Source: Oscillospiraceae bacterium (GTDB taxonomy: Bacteria > Bacillota > Clostridia > Oscillospirales > Oscillospiraceae). Taken from it: a stretch of DNA of 57,754 nt. The position numbers and the translations under genes are program-made. The stretch covers positions 1-57,754 of the forward strand of contig CAVHXA010000011.1 in NCBI GenBank assembly GCA_963639765.1, read 5' to 3'. The notes under the pieces were generated by a model. It saw only the letters and a list, made by a program, of their open reading frames with translations, did not search any database and had not been told where the DNA came from. Below are positions 18,179-28,823 of this stretch, one piece after another. The first letter of the stretch is position 1; every line of letters begins with the position of its first letter.

Positions 18179-19141
18179 ATGCCAAAGCTTTTAAAGTACA
18201 TCATAAAACGAATTCTGGTGGCCATTCCCATTTTTCTGGGAATCACGGCGGTGGTCTACCTGTTTTCATGTCTGGCTCCCGGCAATGTGGTAGACATTCT
18301 CGCCGGAGAAGGCACGATGACAAAAGAGGCCTATGATGCAGCTGTGATTGCCTACAATCTCGACAAACCCGTAATTGTGCGCTATATCCTGTGGCTGGGT
18401 CAAATTTTGCACGGAGACCTTGGCTATTCGTCCTACACCTCACAGACGGTTTCAAGCATGATTGCTGCCCGTATCGGACCTACATTGATCCTCACAGGCT
18501 CATCTCTGGCCCTGTCGGTGCTTATTTCCGTTCCTTTGGGCGTCCTGTCAGCCTACAAGCCTTATTCCATATGGGATAATCTGTCTACTGTAATCACCTT
18601 CATCGGTGCCTCTGTACCAAATTTCTTTATGGGCCTGATTGTGATCTATTTCTTTGCCGTAAAACTAAAATGGCTACCTGCGCAGGGAATGTACACAACA
18701 GGGCAGGAACACGCCTTCGGCGATCTGTGCCGACATCTGGTTCTTCCGTGTATTGTACTATGCGTACAGCTGATGGGCAACTACCTCAAGCAGACTCGCG
18801 GCAGCGTACTGGAAGTTATGAACGAAGAATACATCCGTACGGCCAGATCCAAGGGGATCAGCGAGCTGCGGGTGATGCTGCTTCATGCCCTTCGCAACGC
18901 ATGGATCCCCATTGTCACTACGATCGGGCTGAATGTTCCGTTTCTTATCGGCGGTGCCGTGGTGACCGAACAGATTTTCGGATGGCCCGGGCTGGGCAGC
19001 CTGATGATGACGGCCATCACTACCCGCGACTACAACCTGATCATGGGAATCACGGTGCTGATAGCGGTCACGGTTCTGGCAGTAAACATCCTGCTGGATA
19101 TACTATACGCCTATCTCGACCCCAAAATCACATTAAGCTAG
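18179..19141 (+). CDS. oligopeptide/dipeptide ABC transporter permease (OppB/DppB-like)
   Basis: MPKLLKYIIKRIL... N-terminus. Six TM helices. The EAA-like motif region ...YIRTARSKGISE... is present. Confidence 0.9.
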   Translation: MPKLLKYIIKRILVAIPIFLGITAVVYLFSCLAPGNVVDILAGEGTMTKEAYDAAVIAYNLDKPVIVRYILWLGQILHGDLGYSSYTSQTVSSMIAARIGPTLILTGSSLALSVLISVPLGVLSAYKPYSIWDNLSTVITFIGASVPNFFMGLIVIYFFAVKLKWLPAQGMYTTGQEHAFGDLCRHLVLPCIVLCVQLMGNYLKQTRGSVLEVMNEEYIRTARSKGISELRVMLLHALRNAWIPIVTTIGLNVPFLIGGAVVTEQIFGWPGLGSLMMTAITTRDYNLIMGITVLIAVTVLAVNILLDILYAYLDPKITLS

Positions 19142-19149
19142 GTACAGGC

Positions 19150-19992
19150 ATGAAAAATCGTTTTTTCAAAAACCTCATTCGACATCGGGCGGCGGCCATA
19201 AGTCTGGCTGTTCTGGCAATGATTCTGCTGGCCGTAATTCTGCTGCCGCTGCTCACACAGCTTGACCCCTACACGTCCGACGTGCTGGCGATGAACAAGG
19301 CCCCCAATGCAGAGCATCGGCTGGGCACCGACGGCCTGGGTCGGGATATCCTGGCAAGGCTGGTCTATGGTGGGCGCAATTCCCTTTTTATCGGTGTTGT
19401 TTCCACGGCTATCAGTGTAATTATCGGACTTCCCCTGGGCCTGCTGGCCGGATACTACAAGGGCCCGGTATCTACCTGCATTCTGCGTCTGGCAGATATG
19501 TTTCTGTCTTTTCCGTCCATGGTGCTCATCCTGGTTGTGGTTGCTCTTTTTGGTTCATCGGTATGGAGTATTACATGGATCATCGGCGTACTCGGATGGC
19601 CGGCTGTTGCAAGACTGCTCTCAGCCAACGTAATGGCTGAACGCGAAAAAGACTACATTCTGGCGGCGCGTGCCACAGGCACACGCAACAGTGTGATTCT
19701 ATGGCGCTATCTGCTGCCAAACTGCGTTTCACCTCTCTGGATGTCTCTGGCATTTCGGATTTCACAGGCCATGATTATGGAATCCGGCCTGAGCTTTTTG
19801 GGCGCAGGCGTAATGCCTCCCGAGTCATCTTGGGGAAACATTATCCATGAGGCCAACAACCTCGTGGTGCTGAGCACGCGCTGGTGGATTTGGGCCCCGG
19901 CAGGTCTGTGCCTGATTCTGACCATCGTATGCATCAACTTCGTAGGAGAGGGAATCCGAGATGCGCTCGATCCCAAGCTCAAACAGGTATAA
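19150..19992 (+). CDS. oligopeptide/dipeptide ABC transporter permease (OppC/DppC-like)
   Basis: Start ATG 19150 (MKNRFFKNLIRHRAAAISLAVL...). Motif ...DYILAARATGTRNSVILWRYLLPN... is typical of OppC. The longer called ORF from 18670 is an upstream in-frame extension overlapping oppB. Confidence 0.9.
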   Translation: MKNRFFKNLIRHRAAAISLAVLAMILLAVILLPLLTQLDPYTSDVLAMNKAPNAEHRLGTDGLGRDILARLVYGGRNSLFIGVVSTAISVIIGLPLGLLAGYYKGPVSTCILRLADMFLSFPSMVLILVVVALFGSSVWSITWIIGVLGWPAVARLLSANVMAEREKDYILAARATGTRNSVILWRYLLPNCVSPLWMSLAFRISQAMIMESGLSFLGAGVMPPESSWGNIIHEANNLVVLSTRWWIWAPAGLCLILTIVCINFVGEGIRDALDPKLKQV

Positions 19993-20007
19993 AGTTTGGA
20001 GAACACT

Positions 20008-21006
20008 ATGGCAATACTCGAAGTGGAACACCTGAGCGTAGCCTTTCAGACGGATAAAAAAACACTTCGCACGGCGGTTCGCGATGTCAGCTTCCAGGTA
20101 GACAGTGGCAGTATTCTCGGAATAGTTGGAGAATCCGGCTGTGGAAAGTCCGTAACAGCCTCGGCGATTATGGGCCTGCTGCCTCGAACCACGGCCCGCC
20201 TGACAGGCGGAAGCATCCGGCTGGATGGCCGGGAGCTGACCAATCTGTCAGACCGTCAGATGCGCGAGATTCGCGGCCGGAAGATTGCGATGATCTTTCA
20301 GGACCCTATAACCTCTCTGAATCCGGCCTATCCGATTGGCTGGCAGATGGCAGAAATGCTCTGTGCACACGAACGGCTGTCCAAAAGCGAAGCTCGGCAG
20401 CGCAGCATCGAGCTGCTGCGTCAGGTCGGCGTTGCTGACCCGCAAACCAGAATAAAAGATTTTCCGCATCAGCTTTCCGGGGGCATGAGTCAGCGCGTGA
20501 TGATTGCCATGGCCCTGTCTGCCAATCCGCAGGTGCTTATTGCCGACGAGCCGACCACCGCCCTGGATGTAACGATTCAGGCACAGGTGCTTGATCTGAT
20601 GACACGCCTGCAAAAGGAGCTCCACACTGCCGTGCTGCTCATTACGCATGATATGGGTGTTGTAGCGGATATGGCAGACCATGTTCTTGTAATGTACGCC
20701 GGCCAGGTTGTTGAGTATGCACCAATGCACGAGCTGTTTGGCAATCCCCGCCATCCCTATACGCAGGGTCTGCTTAGATCGCTCCCCCGAATCGACCGGG
20801 ATCAGAGTACGCTTTTCTCCATCGAGGGGACTGTTCCCTCCGCAGGAGAAGAGCTGCCCGGGTGCCGTTTTGCACCAAGATGTCCGCATTGCACCGAGCT
20901 GTGCCATACCTGCCCGCCGCAGCTGCACAGCATCGGACAGGCACGGATTCGCTGTCATCTGTATCACTCCAATGAGGAGGCACAGCCATGCCAGAGCCCA
21001 TCCTGA
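20008..21006 (+). CDS. oligopeptide ABC transporter ATP-binding protein (OppD-like)
   Basis: Walker A GESGCGKS, signature LSGGMSQR, Walker B LIADEPTTALD, C-terminal Cys-rich oligopeptide-ATPase extension. Start ATG 20008 after a TGGAGA RBS. Confidence 0.9.
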   Translation: MAILEVEHLSVAFQTDKKTLRTAVRDVSFQVDSGSILGIVGESGCGKSVTASAIMGLLPRTTARLTGGSIRLDGRELTNLSDRQMREIRGRKIAMIFQDPITSLNPAYPIGWQMAEMLCAHERLSKSEARQRSIELLRQVGVADPQTRIKDFPHQLSGGMSQRVMIAMALSANPQVLIADEPTTALDVTIQAQVLDLMTRLQKELHTAVLLITHDMGVVADMADHVLVMYAGQVVEYAPMHELFGNPRHPYTQGLLRSLPRIDRDQSTLFSIEGTVPSAGEELPGCRFAPRCPHCTELCHTCPPQLHSIGQARIRCHLYHSNEEAQPCQSPS

Positions 21007-21956
21007 CGGCCGCAGGCATCCGAAAACATTTCATTGCCCAAAGCAGTCTTCGAAAAAGCAGACGGGTATACCTCAGAGCAGTCGACGGAGTAGATCTTCA
21101 AATTTATCCGGGAGAGGCTGTTGGACTGGTTGGTGAGTCCGGCTGCGGCAAGTCCACGCTTGGGCGCTGTCTGCTTGGGCTTTATCCGCTCACAGCCGGA
21201 ACGGTCACATTTCAGGGCCGTGAGCTGCAGGATCTTTCGTTTTCACAGATGCGTCCCTACAGACAAAAGCTGCAGATGATTTTTCAGGATCCCTATTCCG
21301 CACTCAATCCGCGTATGACCATTGCACAGTCGGTCCGTGCTCCGCTGGACGTATTCGGACTGGGAACGAAGCAGCAGCGTGACGAGCAGGTACGTGAGAT
21401 ACTGGGCTATGTTGGTCTGAAAGACGAGCAGATTCACAAATACCCCCACGAAATGTCCGGCGGACAGCGACAGCGGGCTGTCATTGCCCGCGCGATGATT
21501 CTAAAGCCTGCTTTTGTGGTGTGTGATGAACCGGTTTCTGCGCTGGATGCGTCGGTTCAGTCGCAGGTGCTCAACCTGATGCGGCGTATGCAGAAGGATT
21601 TTGGACCGGCATACCTGTTCATATCACACGATCTGAGTGTGGTGCGGTATGTGTGCCAGCGTGTGGCGGTAATGTATCTTGGTCAGATTGTCGAGATGGG
21701 CACACGCACACAGATATTTGACTGTGCGGCCCATCCTTATACACAGGCTCTGCTGTCGGCTATTCCCATCCCGGATGCACACACCAAAACAAACAGAATT
21801 GTATTGCAGGGTGACGTACCCAGCCCTCTCGACCCGCCAACGGGATGCCGCTTCTGCACACGATGCCAACGGGCACAGGAATGCTGCAGCACCGAAGAGC
21901 CGCAGCTCAGGGAGCTTGCGGATGGTCATCTGGTGCGCTGCCATTTTGCCGGATAG
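20988..21956 (+). CDS. oligopeptide ABC transporter ATP-binding protein (OppF-like)
   Basis: Walker A GESGCGKST, signature MSGGQRQR, Walker B VVCDEPVSALD. GAGGAGG RBS. 19-nt overlap with the preceding gene. Confidence 0.9.
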   Translation: MPEPILTAAGIRKHFIAQSSLRKSRRVYLRAVDGVDLQIYPGEAVGLVGESGCGKSTLGRCLLGLYPLTAGTVTFQGRELQDLSFSQMRPYRQKLQMIFQDPYSALNPRMTIAQSVRAPLDVFGLGTKQQRDEQVREILGYVGLKDEQIHKYPHEMSGGQRQRAVIARAMILKPAFVVCDEPVSALDASVQSQVLNLMRRMQKDFGPAYLFISHDLSVVRYVCQRVAVMYLGQIVEMGTRTQIFDCAAHPYTQALLSAIPIPDAHTKTNRIVLQGDVPSPLDPPTGCRFCTRCQRAQECCSTEEPQLRELADGHLVRCHFAG

Positions 21957-22333
21957 AAAACCCGGGCGGTGCCGCACAAATACAGCTTCAGATTCCAACT
22001 AATTTTTGCCCGAGCTACGCTTGAAAAACTCTGCAAACCACAAAAAGCTCCTGCGGGCTTTCACCCTTTTTAAAGAAAAATCTCCCGTTGGACCTTCTCA
22101 CCGATTTGTGTGGGCTTGTCCGCAACTTCATAAAAAAGCGGTTTGACTGCTTTTTATACAGGCAAACACGGCACAGGGACACAAAAGCCCTTCGGCCAAC
22201 GACATACGACGGAAATACGGCCCGAAAACACAGCCGAGGCTGTATCCGATCCGTTTTTTCAAAAACCCCGGACCGAATCCTTTTGCTGACCGTGCGGCGT
22301 TTCCAAAAAGAAACAGAAATGAGGATATGCATC

Positions 22334-24052
22334 ATGAAAAAAACGATCAGCATGCTGCTGGTGCTGGTTATGCTGGTGAGCCTGGCTTTGGCAGGCTGTG
22401 CCAAAACCGAAGCCCCTGCGCAGACCACTGAGACTTCTGCTTCCGGCACTGAAGCCACAGAGACTCCGGCTACTGAAGCGAGCACCGAAACCGCAGAGGT
22501 TCCCACCGAGACAGCCGAGGCTGTCGATGCCGAGGGCGAGACCATTGTCTGGGGCATGAGCACCCTTTGGTCCAGCCTGCAGCCCTATAACAACACCAAC
22601 TACTATAACTCCATCATTATCAGCATGCTCTACGACCAGCTGGTATACATTGATGTTGAAGGCAACATCGAGCCGCGCGCGGCCGAAAGCTGGGAAATGA
22701 GTGAGGATGGAAAGACACTGACTTTCCACCTCAACCCCGATTGCCGCTTCCACGACGGAACCCCCGTCACCGCTGCCGACTGGGTATGGAGTCTTCAGCT
22801 TCTCACCAAAGAGGGTGTAGGTTTCAGCGATCAGAGCCTGATGAGCGTGTTTGAAGGAACAAACGACGCAGGCGTCGAAGCGTCTGAGAATTCTCTGGCC
22901 GTGTCCGCGCCGGATGATACAACGCTTACCATAACTTTTAAAAAAGTCACCAACATGGAATCCTTTCTGATGAGCAACTCCTACTTCATGGTAGTTTTGC
23001 CCAGCGCTCTGCTTAAAGACATCCCTGTGGCAGATATGGCGACCAACGAGTTCTGGTCTGCGCCCGTCGGTTCCGGACCGGCAAAGTTTGTCAGCCAGTC
23101 TGCAGACGGCACGGAGCTTACGCTGGCTCGCAATACCGAATACCAGCTGGGCAATGCCAACTGGGGAAAAATGATCTTCAAGCAGACCGATGCTTCCTCG
23201 GCCTCTTCGGCGATGCTCACGGGAGAAATTGACATTGCCTATTCTCCTATAGCAAACGATGAAGCACTTGGAATGGATGGACAGGCCGGCGTAACGGTTG
23301 ATATGCGCGACGAGGCCACGCAGGTATATGTTATTGCCGTAAACAACACACTGATCGCAGATGCACGCGTGCGTCAGGCGGTTAACTATGCCATCAACAA
23401 AGACAGCATCTGCACACTTCTGACCGGCGATGCTCCTGTCAGTCTGGCTACACCGATGGAGCTCTACATTACCGACTCCAACAAATATTATCCACAGGAG
23501 CTGACATCCGGGCAGGATGTGGAAAAGGCCAGGGAACTGCTCGAGCAGGCCAAGGCTGACGGCTATGACGGAAAGTTTGTACTTGCGGCACCCGAGGCTG
23601 GCCAGCGTGCACAGATCGCCGTTCTGGTCGGTCAGGATCTGCAGGCAGTCGGCTTTGATGTTGAACTGGTAACAATCGACGCCGCAACCATGATGTCTGA
23701 TCTCAAATCCGGTGCCGACGGAACCTATGATGGTGGCATCATCATCTATGGCATTACCCCTGATCCCATGAGCCGCAACGATATTCTCAGCGCATCAAAT
23801 CGTACCGTACTCAGCCTGCAGGATACTGCCTACGACGAAAAAGAAGAAGCCATCGGCAGTGAGCTGGATTCCGAAAAGCGTGCAGAGCTGATTGATGACT
23901 TCTACGGCTATCTCACCGAGCAGGAGCCTGCTGTGTGGATGGTTGGTAAAAAACAATACTACGTATACTCCAGCAAGCTGGGCAATGTGACAGATGATCT
24001 CATCGAGATTGCGCGCCGCAATGTGCCCGTATGGAACTGGAACCTTGGCTAA
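22334..24052 (+). CDS. oligopeptide ABC transporter substrate-binding lipoprotein (family 5 SBP)
   Basis: Start ATG 22334 (MKKTISMLLVLVMLVSLALAGCAKTE) gives a lipoprotein signal. A Thr/Glu/Ala-rich linker follows, then a ~520-aa SBP_bac_5 domain. Confidence 0.9.
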   Translation: MKKTISMLLVLVMLVSLALAGCAKTEAPAQTTETSASGTEATETPATEASTETAEVPTETAEAVDAEGETIVWGMSTLWSSLQPYNNTNYYNSIIISMLYDQLVYIDVEGNIEPRAAESWEMSEDGKTLTFHLNPDCRFHDGTPVTAADWVWSLQLLTKEGVGFSDQSLMSVFEGTNDAGVEASENSLAVSAPDDTTLTITFKKVTNMESFLMSNSYFMVVLPSALLKDIPVADMATNEFWSAPVGSGPAKFVSQSADGTELTLARNTEYQLGNANWGKMIFKQTDASSASSAMLTGEIDIAYSPIANDEALGMDGQAGVTVDMRDEATQVYVIAVNNTLIADARVRQAVNYAINKDSICTLLTGDAPVSLATPMELYITDSNKYYPQELTSGQDVEKARELLEQAKADGYDGKFVLAAPEAGQRAQIAVLVGQDLQAVGFDVELVTIDAATMMSDLKSGADGTYDGGIIIYGITPDPMSRNDILSASNRTVLSLQDTAYDEKEEAIGSELDSEKRAELIDDFYGYLTEQEPAVWMVGKKQYYVYSSKLGNVTDDLIEIARRNVPVWNWNLG

Positions 24053-24093
24053 AAGCACGGCTTCAAAAGAAAAGTCACTGCTGAAGTGAAAAC

Positions 24094-24132
24094 AGCGGGA
24101 GGAATCACAAATTTTTTGTGATTCCTCCCGCT
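24094..24132. terminator. strong hairpin between convergent SBP (+) and Sel1 (-) genes
   Basis: Perfect 15-bp stem AGCGGGAGGAATCAC (24094-24108) / GTGATTCCTCCCGCT (24118-24132) with loop AAATTTTTT. Confidence 0.6.
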
Positions 24133-24305
24133 GGAATATCAGGCCGAATTTCAGAAAAATCTATTCTGCAGCACGCCCGTTTCAGATGCACATACCGGCT
24201 TCAGCCGGCAGCACGACCGGTGGTCGGAAAACCTGTATATTCAGACAAAGGTGAGGCCCGGCAGTAAAGCTGCCCGGTATAATGCCGGTCAGAGCCGGGA
24301 ATCCA

Positions 24306-25019
24306 TTAAAGCTGCGCAGACAGAGCACGAATGCCGCTGTCAAAATAAGGGTAGGTAGAACCACTGGCTGCCAGGACAATTTCATTGCCCTTTTTCAGCC
24401 AGGCAATGGCCTCGGCATAGTTTTTTTCGGTGCCTTTGCCGGATTGATAGTGCTTGGCAATGGTTTCGCAAACGGCGGCATATTGGTCAACCAGGTCATC
24501 GGCAATATCCTTGAATGCGGAAAAACCGGGCTGGGTATACTGACGCCAGCAGTATTCAATCAGGTCGGCGGCATGAACCGACCACTCCAGCGCCTTGGCA
24601 TCACTTTGGTCAAAACCGGCACCGTCGTAGCGCTCACGCCCGTAGAAAAACGCGGTTGCCATGTTTCGAGCAGCCATCCAGCTCCCGCCTTCGGCAGCCT
24701 TTTGCAGCCACTGAAAATACAGTTCGTTTGACTCGTCAACACCGATTCCGCGAAAATAGCAATTGGCCAGCATAAACATTGCATCCTGATTTCCGGCCTC
24801 GGCCCCCTTTTGAAAAAGAGCGACGGCAACGGTGTCGTTTTTCTTTTCGTTATACATGCGTTCGGCCAGTTCTTCGAGAGCACACAGGTCGCCCTGACTG
24901 GCCAGGAGCTCCAATAGAGTCTGATCCAGTTTGTTGTAGGGCTGACAGGTGGGAGCGGCATCCGGCCCGTCCAAAACAGAAGCCTGCTGAAAAACAGGCA
25001 GATATTTGGGCATTATCAT
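24306..25019 (-). CDS. Sel1/TPR-like repeat protein, hypothetical
   Basis: Sel1-type motifs (GNQDAMFMLANCYFRGIGV, AAEGGSWMAARNMATAFFYG). No signal peptide. Confidence 0.6.
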   Translation of the reverse strand: MIMPKYLPVFQQASVLDGPDAAPTCQPYNKLDQTLLELLASQGDLCALEELAERMYNEKKNDTVAVALFQKGAEAGNQDAMFMLANCYFRGIGVDESNELYFQWLQKAAEGGSWMAARNMATAFFYGRERYDGAGFDQSDAKALEWSVHAADLIEYCWRQYTQPGFSAFKDIADDLVDQYAAVCETIAKHYQSGKGTEKNYAEAIAWLKKGNEIVLAASGSTYPYFDSGIRALSAQL

Positions 25020-25210
25020 AGCAGATTCCTCCTGATTACTGTCGCTGACGTTTCCTGAATCAGCGGCTGGCGTATCACAGTCTGATGCGGACGATAAACA
25101 TCTTATACTGCACGATCATAACCATCATAGCACAACTTTGAAAAAAAGAAACGGGTTTCTTTGGAATGATTGGGATGAAAGAAATCAGTGGATCAATTTT
25201 AAGCGCCGTT

Positions 25211-26086
25211 TCAGCCGTTTTCTCCAACCCAGCGGCATACAAAATCCGCAAAACTGTCCAGATAGGGCGCATCGCCATTGGTCTTGCGCACTGCCAGAGC
25301 CAATGTTCGATGAGCAGGGGGGTCCAGCTCCAGCACTGCAACCCGATCTGTCTGACCGCGCAGAAGAAGCTCCGGCATGATGCTTATGCCAAGTCCCTGC
25401 GCAACCATGGCAATCACAGCATAATCGTCCTTTGTGGTATAAGTTACATTGGGCACAATTCCGGCCGAATCCAGCGCCCGTCTAGCGTCGTGGTTGGAGC
25501 TTTCCAGCAGGCTGATAAAGCTTTCTTTTTCAACAGAAGAAACCGGAAACCTCGGCAGCGAGGCCAGAGGATGGTTTTTTGGCAAAATTGCCAGAAGCCG
25601 GTCTTCTTTTAAGGGCAGAATACGAAAGCCTTCCGGTCCGGGAAGTGTAACAAACCCTATGTCTACATCTCCGCCTTTCAGCCAATGGTCAACATCGTAA
25701 TAGTCGCCATTTTCAAGATGAAGCTCTACAAACGGATGCTCGCTTCGAAAAGCCTGAATCAGCGGAGGAAGCCAATGTACGGCTACACTGGTAAATGTAC
25801 CGATACGGATTGTGCCGGCCCGCCCGGAGCGGATTTGCTCGGCAAGCCGGTTTACCCGGTCACCCTGTTCAAGCAGTGTTCTGACCGCCGGAAGCAGCAG
25901 CCGGCCCTGTGCGGTGGTTTGAACTCCGCTGCGGCTGCGCGTAAGCACACAAAAACCCAGCTCGGCTTCCAGCGCCTGAATGAGATGACTCAGAGCTGAC
26001 TGTGTGCAGCCCATCTGTTCGGCGGCTTTGCTGACGGATCCGAGCTGCGCAGTAAAATAAAATGCTTCATATCTTTTCAGGTTCAT
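25211..26086 (-). CDS. LysR-family transcriptional regulator
   Basis: N-terminal HTH (LKRYEAFYFTAQLGSVSKAAEQMGCTQSALSHLIQALE) plus a LysR substrate-binding domain. Start ATG 26086. Divergent from the symporter gene across a 320-bp AT-rich region. Confidence 0.9.
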   Translation of the reverse strand: MNLKRYEAFYFTAQLGSVSKAAEQMGCTQSALSHLIQALEAELGFCVLTRSRSGVQTTAQGRLLLPAVRTLLEQGDRVNRLAEQIRSGRAGTIRIGTFTSVAVHWLPPLIQAFRSEHPFVELHLENGDYYDVDHWLKGGDVDIGFVTLPGPEGFRILPLKEDRLLAILPKNHPLASLPRFPVSSVEKESFISLLESSNHDARRALDSAGIVPNVTYTTKDDYAVIAMVAQGLGISIMPELLLRGQTDRVAVLELDPPAHRTLALAVRKTNGDAPYLDSFADFVCRWVGENG

Positions 26087-26409
26087 ATTTGCACCCCCTA
26101 AGACTATGAGAAAAAATAATTTATAAAGCAAAATTAAAATATAATATCAAAAACGCTCATACAATAGCACATAAAAACAAAAAAATCAACTGAAAACAAA
26201 AGATTCATTAAATAAACGCTTGAATTTATGACACGCATGAATTATAATACAGCTCACCGCCACATGGAAAAGAAAAATGAGAAAACATCATGCGAGTTGC
26301 CTGCGGACCGATTTGTGAGATACTCCGTTCGTCGCAACAGCCGCATACGGCTGCATGGTTTTTGTCCATTGGCGGAATTCCACACCCCTGATTCTAAGGA
26401 GCAGTTGGT

Positions 26410-27864
26410 ATGAACGTTGCAGAGCTGGTTGTTTTTATAGTTTATCTGGTATTCATGCTGGGTATAGGTGTTTTCTTTTTCCTGCGTTCAAGAGATGGCG
26501 GTGATAAAGAGTATTTTCTGGGTGGTCGGCAGATGGGACCCTGGGTTGCAGCCTTATCAGCCGGCGCGTCCGATATGTCCGCCTGGGTCCTGATGGGTCT
26601 GCCGGCCTCGATTTATGCAGCCGGCATCGGGCAGGCCTGGATTGCCATTGGACTTGCAATCGGCTATATTATAAGCTGGCTGGTTGAGGCGCCCCGTCTG
26701 CGGAAGTTTACCATTGTCTGCAAGGATTCTATCACTGTTCCGCAATATCTGACGAATCGATTTCTGTCAAAGAGCAAAACGCTGCAGGTTATTTGCGCGG
26801 TGATTTTTCTGGTGGCCTACACGGTCTATTCTGCTTCGTCAATCAAGGCCTGCGGAACATTGTTCCACACGGTGATTGGTATGAATGAAACCACGGCCAT
26901 GTATATTGCGGCATTGATCATTGTCGGCTATACGTTTTTGGGTGGGTTTAATGCCGTGTGCTGGACAGATTTTTTCCAGGGACTTTTGATGCTCGGCGCC
27001 CTGCTTGTTGCACCCATCTTTGCACTGTTTGTCATTCAGGGCGGCGGAGGTGCCGAAAACACGATTCTGCCTGCAGGCTACTGGAATCCGTTTCACAGCT
27101 GGAAGGATATTGTCTCCGGTCTCGGCTGGGGACTTGGATATTTTGGCATGCCGCATATTATTGTGCGTTTTATGTCGCTGCGCTCGGATAAAGACCTGAA
27201 AAAATCCGCGAAAATCGGCATCACATGGAATATCCTGATTGTCATTTTCTCTGTAGCAGCCGGCTGCATCGGACATATACTGCTCGGCGAAATCGAAGAC
27301 AGCTCGGTGGTGTTTATCACCATGGTCCGCAAGCTTTTTCCTGCACTCATCAGCGGTATCCTGCTGTCTGCTATTCTTGCGGCGGCCATGTCCACATGTG
27401 ATTCTCAGCTATTGGCTTCTGCTTCGGCCTTCTCTGCGGATGTTTATCAGCCGGTTCTGCGCAAAAACCGCGCATCCGACAAAGAAATGCTCTGGTCCGG
27501 ACGTTTTGTTGTGCTGGCGATTTCCGTCATAGCAGTACTGATTGCATCCAATCCCGACTCCGGAACCATCATGGGACTGGTTGAAAATGCCTGGGGTGTG
27601 TTTGGCGCGGCTTTTGGACCGGCGATTATGCTCAGTCTGTTCTGGCGCCGATTCACCTTCAGCGGCGCAATAGCCGGTATTGTGGTGGGTGCAGTGGTAG
27701 ATATCGGCTGGCTGCTGTTTATGTCGGAAACCGGTATCTATGAAATCATCCCCGGTTTTTTCGCAAGCCTTCTTGCTGCTGTCGCAGTAGCCCTGCTCAG
27801 CCGCAGCCCCTCACGCGAAATTACGGATCTCTATGATCGAGGCGTTGCGCTCGAAGACGAATAA
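26410..27864 (+). CDS. sodium:solute symporter (SSS family, PutP-like)
   Basis: 13-TM SSS architecture. N-terminal ...GGRQMGPWVAALSAGASDMSAW... AAGGAG RBS. Confidence 0.85.
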   Translation: MNVAELVVFIVYLVFMLGIGVFFFLRSRDGGDKEYFLGGRQMGPWVAALSAGASDMSAWVLMGLPASIYAAGIGQAWIAIGLAIGYIISWLVEAPRLRKFTIVCKDSITVPQYLTNRFLSKSKTLQVICAVIFLVAYTVYSASSIKACGTLFHTVIGMNETTAMYIAALIIVGYTFLGGFNAVCWTDFFQGLLMLGALLVAPIFALFVIQGGGGAENTILPAGYWNPFHSWKDIVSGLGWGLGYFGMPHIIVRFMSLRSDKDLKKSAKIGITWNILIVIFSVAAGCIGHILLGEIEDSSVVFITMVRKLFPALISGILLSAILAAAMSTCDSQLLASASAFSADVYQPVLRKNRASDKEMLWSGRFVVLAISVIAVLIASNPDSGTIMGLVENAWGVFGAAFGPAIMLSLFWRRFTFSGAIAGIVVGAVVDIGWLLFMSETGIYEIIPGFFASLLAAVAVALLSRSPSREITDLYDRGVALEDE

Positions 27865-28039
27865 ACAAAAAACCGCGAGCGACCGACATCCCGCATCTTT
27901 GTCTCTGTCGGCTGCATATATACAGGGACCCGCGCAGTCAGGGATCGAATCATCCAGCTGCCGCGGGCCCTTCACTGTGTACCCGGCGGGATTCTCCCCA
28001 CCGGGCTTGACATTCCCGGAGCGTTGCGATAGACTGAAC

Positions 28040-28810
28040 ATGTTGAAATTATCTCAAGTCTATACGAAAGGAATGGTTCCCTTGGCCAAATCCAAAGTCA
28101 CAACCGTAGAAGAAGCCATCAAGACCTATTGCTTCGACGGTATGACCGTTCTGCTGCCCGGTTTTGTGAATGTCGGCGTATCCGAAACTCTGATCGAGGG
28201 CCTGATCGCTGCGGGCATCAAAGATATTAGCGTTATATCCAACAACACATCTGTCCCACATCGCGGTATTGGCAAGCTAGTTGATGCCAACGTCATTAAA
28301 AAGATCACGGCATCCCACATCGGAAACAATGCGGTAACGGTCGAAAAGGTTGTTGCCGGCGAGATCAACCTGACATTTGTCCCTCAGGGCTCACTGTGCG
28401 AAAAGGTTCGTGCCGGCGGTGCCGGTATCGGCGGTATCCTTACTCCCACCGGTCTGTATACCCCCATGATGGATGGCAAGCAGGTTGTAGAATGGGATGA
28501 AGAGGCCGGCAAGTTCAAATTCCTCGAAGGCGAAATCGTTCCTGATGCCACCAAAAAGCGCTTTATTCTCGAGCTGCCCCTGCATGGCGATGTCTGCTTT
28601 GTCCACGCATGGAAGGCAGACAAGATGGGCAATGTGGTTTATCGCCGCACCTCCCGCAACTTCAACGAAGCTTTCTGCACTGCGGCTGACCACGTAATCG
28701 TAGAGGCCGAAGAAATCGTTGAAATCGGCGAGCTGGATCCCGACCAGATCATGACCCCGGGATTTGTGGTCGATGCCGTTGTGCAGGGCCGCGCCCTGAC
28801 CGAAGCGTAA
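28040..28810 (+). CDS. CoA-transferase family I subunit A (AtoD/ScoA-like)
   Basis: ...ITASHIGNNAVTVEKVVAGEINLTFVPQGSLCEKVRAGGAGIGGILTPTG... The start is ATG 28040 or ATG 28073 (both have weak RBSs). Confidence 0.8.
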   Translation: MLKLSQVYTKGMVPLAKSKVTTVEEAIKTYCFDGMTVLLPGFVNVGVSETLIEGLIAAGIKDISVISNNTSVPHRGIGKLVDANVIKKITASHIGNNAVTVEKVVAGEINLTFVPQGSLCEKVRAGGAGIGGILTPTGLYTPMMDGKQVVEWDEEAGKFKFLEGEIVPDATKKRFILELPLHGDVCFVHAWKADKMGNVVYRRTSRNFNEAFCTAADHVIVEAEEIVEIGELDPDQIMTPGFVVDAVVQGRALTEA

Positions 28811-28823
28811 GGAGGACTCAACC

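Noticed and set aside
18670-19149. 5' extension of the OppC ORF (called start 18670)
   Set aside because: The extension overlaps oppB in another frame and lacks an RBS. ATG 19150 starts the conserved OppC N-terminus.
26228-26413. 61-aa ORF overlapping the symporter start
   Set aside because: It lies in the symporter 5' leader and overlaps the well-supported ATG/RBS of the transporter. No RBS of its own. Basic, low-complexity product.
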